A DNA stretch of 64,000 nt from Planctomycetota bacterium (lineage in GTDB: Bacteria > Planctomycetota > UBA1135 > UBA2386). Position 1 is the stretch's first letter. Each line of letters starts with the position of its first letter. The stretch lies in contig OZ245006.1 of assembly GCA_965223545.1 (NCBI GenBank), positions 5,056,001 through 5,120,000 on the forward strand, read 5' to 3'. The notes beneath the pieces were generated by a model. It saw only the letters and a list, made by a program, of their open reading frames with translations, was not told the origin of the DNA and ran no database searches. Of the stretch, positions 61,880 through 64,000 are shown piece after piece. The translations under genes were made by a program, and so were the position numbers.

Positions 61880-63763
61880 CTAGCGCAGACCGCCCAGGAC
61901 TTGGGGCGGGCTGGCCCCCGCGCGCAGGGCGGTGGCTGCCGTGCGCGCGCGCGCGGCGTAGCGCCGCGGCTGCAGGTCGCGGCCGATCGTCCGATAGGCG
62001 CCCGCAACGACCTCTTCGAGCGGGTCGGTGTCGCGTGCGGCGACTGCGTCGAAGGCAGCGGCCGCCGCCGGCACCCGATTCTGGCGCAGCAGCTCGATGC
62101 CGAGCAGCATCCGGGCCCTCGCGTAGTGCACCGGCAGGATCAGCAACTGGGGATCCTGCCGGCCGGTGTCCAGGGCGGGAATCGGGCGTCTGCGCCAGAA
62201 CTCTTGGCCGGCATCGGCGACCGCATGACGGTCGAAGGGCATCAGCACGATGCGGTTCAGCAGGCCCTCGGGCACCAGGTCGGCCCGGCGCAAGTGGTCG
62301 GGCTGCAGCAAGCGGTCGAGGTGGGCGTCTCCGGGGCTGCTCAGGTAGACCGGGTCCCCGGCCTCGAGCTGGCGCTGCACCAGGCGCTGCAACCACACCC
62401 AGGGCTCGACGCGGGGGTCGAGCGCGGGGAGGTCGAAGCGCGGGGCGCGCGCGCGCACCTCGTCGATGTGCCAGGGCAAGAGCATCGTGGGGGTGAGGAC
62501 CGCGACGTCGGGGCGAAGCCCGTTCACCGCCTGCAGGTAGGACGTCGTCGCCCGGCCGGTGTCGGATTGCAGGAGGATCAAGGCGTTGGGGGCGGCGCCG
62601 GCCAGCAGGTCGCGGCCGTAGCGCTCCGCCGCGTCGACGCCGGACAGGTCCATGACCCGGTAGGTCCACAGCACCGGCAGCAGGGCCAGGGCCGGGAACG
62701 CCCAGCGCGAGGTGACCGACCACCGGGTGCCGACGAGGTCCCAACCGAACGCGGCGAGCGCTGCGAGGCCGAGCAGCGCGGGCTGAAAGAAGCCGTCGTC
62801 GTCGAGGATGTGGTAGGTGCTGGTGAAGGCGAAGTTGATGGCGATGGTCAGCACCGCGCCGCGCAGCAGCCACCGATGACTCGGCGCGCAGCGGCGGATG
62901 CCGAGGATGCCGACAGCGGCGGCCAGTGCGCTGACGCCGAGCTGCGCCGGCATGCGTGCCAGGGCGTGTCCCAGCCGCTCGAGCGACAGCGGATCGGTCA
63001 AGCCGTGCACGTGGCGCTGATAGGGGGCCGCGGTGATCACCTGCCACAGCTGCTCCCAGCTGTCGGGATCCCCCATGTTGAGGGGCGGGTCGCGCAGCGC
63101 GGCCAGCGGCAGATAGAGGAACACCGAGCCGCTGGCCGCGACCGCCAAGAGCGCGCGTCCCCAGCCGCCGGCAGGAGCTCCCGCGGCGCGCCACTGCCGC
63201 TCCAACCACAACGCGAGCAGCAGCAGATAGAGGGCGTTGACCGGGCGGTGGCCGCAGCACAAACCGGCCAGCACGCCGGTCAGCACCCACGCCCCGCCGG
63301 ACCACCCGGGCGGCGGACGCTGGCCCAGCCGCAACACGGCGCAGACGCTGGCAGCCAGCAGCAGGCCGTCGAGCGCGTAGACCTCGACGCTGACGGCTTG
63401 GTACCAGAACTGCCGCGCGACCGCGACGCCGACGGCGGCCGCGGCGCTCGCCGGCCGAGAGCGCCCCAGCTGCCGGCAGATCAGGAAGATCAGTGCGACC
63501 GTCGTCGCCGATACCCCAGCCGACAGGGCGTTGCAAACCAGGGCAGGCTCCAGGAACGGCAGCAGGTGAACCGCGGCTCCGTACAGGAGGGTGAACAGCG
63601 GATAGCCGGGCGGATGGGCCACGCCGAAACAGTGGGCCACCGCCGCCAGCTCGCCGGCGTCGCCGATGTAGATCGTCGGGCAGAGGGTGAGCGCGTAGAG
63701 CGCCAGCGCGGCGATGCCCAGAGCCGCCGCGACCTGCCGGTCGGTGTGCGGCCTGTCGGGCAC
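61880..63763 (-). CDS. DUF2723 family GT-C glycosyltransferase (TMEM260-like)
   Basis: GDAGEL, GVAHPPGYPL, QAVSVEVY and YLPL..DPPLNMGDP motifs; many TM segments. Confidence 0.88.
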   Translation of the reverse strand: MPDRPHTDRQVAAALGIAALALYALTLCPTIYIGDAGELAAVAHCFGVAHPPGYPLFTLLYGAAVHLLPFLEPALVCNALSAGVSATTVALIFLICRQLGRSRPASAAAAVGVAVARQFWYQAVSVEVYALDGLLLAASVCAVLRLGQRPPPGWSGGAWVLTGVLAGLCCGHRPVNALYLLLLALWLERQWRAAGAPAGGWGRALLAVAASGSVFLYLPLAALRDPPLNMGDPDSWEQLWQVITAAPYQRHVHGLTDPLSLERLGHALARMPAQLGVSALAAAVGILGIRRCAPSHRWLLRGAVLTIAINFAFTSTYHILDDDGFFQPALLGLAALAAFGWDLVGTRWSVTSRWAFPALALLPVLWTYRVMDLSGVDAAERYGRDLLAGAAPNALILLQSDTGRATTSYLQAVNGLRPDVAVLTPTMLLPWHIDEVRARAPRFDLPALDPRVEPWVWLQRLVQRQLEAGDPVYLSSPGDAHLDRLLQPDHLRRADLVPEGLLNRIVLMPFDRHAVADAGQEFWRRRPIPALDTGRQDPQLLILPVHYARARMLLGIELLRQNRVPAAAAAFDAVAARDTDPLEEVVAGAYRTIGRDLQPRRYAARARTAATALRAGASPPQVLGGLR

Positions 63764-63764
63764 G

Positions 63765-64000
63765 TCAGCTCCGCGCCAACGTGAGCACCTCGGCGCCGCC
63801 TTCGCCGATGAAGATGGTGTGCTCGGTCTGCGCGACGCGCACGCCGTCGTGCTCGACCAGCGGCGGGTACTCGATCAGCAGCTTCTGCTTCTTCAGCAGG
63901 GCGAGACTCTGCTCGACGCGGGCGGGATCGGGCAGGTGCCGCAGCAGCGTGCGGCGGGCGAAGGGCAGCCCGGCGCAAGCGTCGAGCGCGGCCTGGATGT
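63765..64000 (-). CDS. map: C-terminus of methionine aminopeptidase, type II-like (5'-truncated)
   Basis: Manual translation ...GLPFARRTL...YPPLVEHDGVRVAQTEHTIFIGEGGAEVLT. Confidence 0.75.
   Translation of the reverse strand, partial: IQAALDACAGLPFARRTLLRHLPDPARVEQSLALLKKQKLLIEYPPLVEHDGVRVAQTEHTIFIGEGGAEVLTLARS

Overview
High-GC bacterial DNA; the gene content suggests a Planctomycetota-like organism, which is inference only (ECF sigma factor with a long extension, HAL2-type nucleotidase, prenyltransferase-repeat, Kelch and M14 secreted proteins). Most of the window is housekeeping and envelope genes: recD2, rpsU, an RluA-family synthase, pruA, thyX, trxB, a Leu dehydrogenase and a Na/Pi-PhoU pair. 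The mobile elements can be resolved to the base. (1) An ISL3 element (4156-7626, 8-bp TSD CCTTGCAC) interrupts the signal peptide of a secreted-protein gene and carries a group II intron inserted into a long hairpin. (2) An IS66 element (9312-11802, TSD GCGAAGCC) splits a MATE transporter gene. (3) An IS1111-type IS110 element (about 29732-31207) sits in the third copy of a 195-bp repeat, and its downstream non-coding region has bridge/seek-RNA-like loops matching its own target and donor junctions. Also present are a perfect 51-bp-arm palindrome, a four-gene prepilin-like cluster flanked by duplicated PilX-like genes, a C-terminal domain shared by unrelated secreted proteins, a frameshifted remnant of a DUF2723 paralog and the end of a type II-like MetAP. 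No rRNA, tRNA or CRISPR array was seen.
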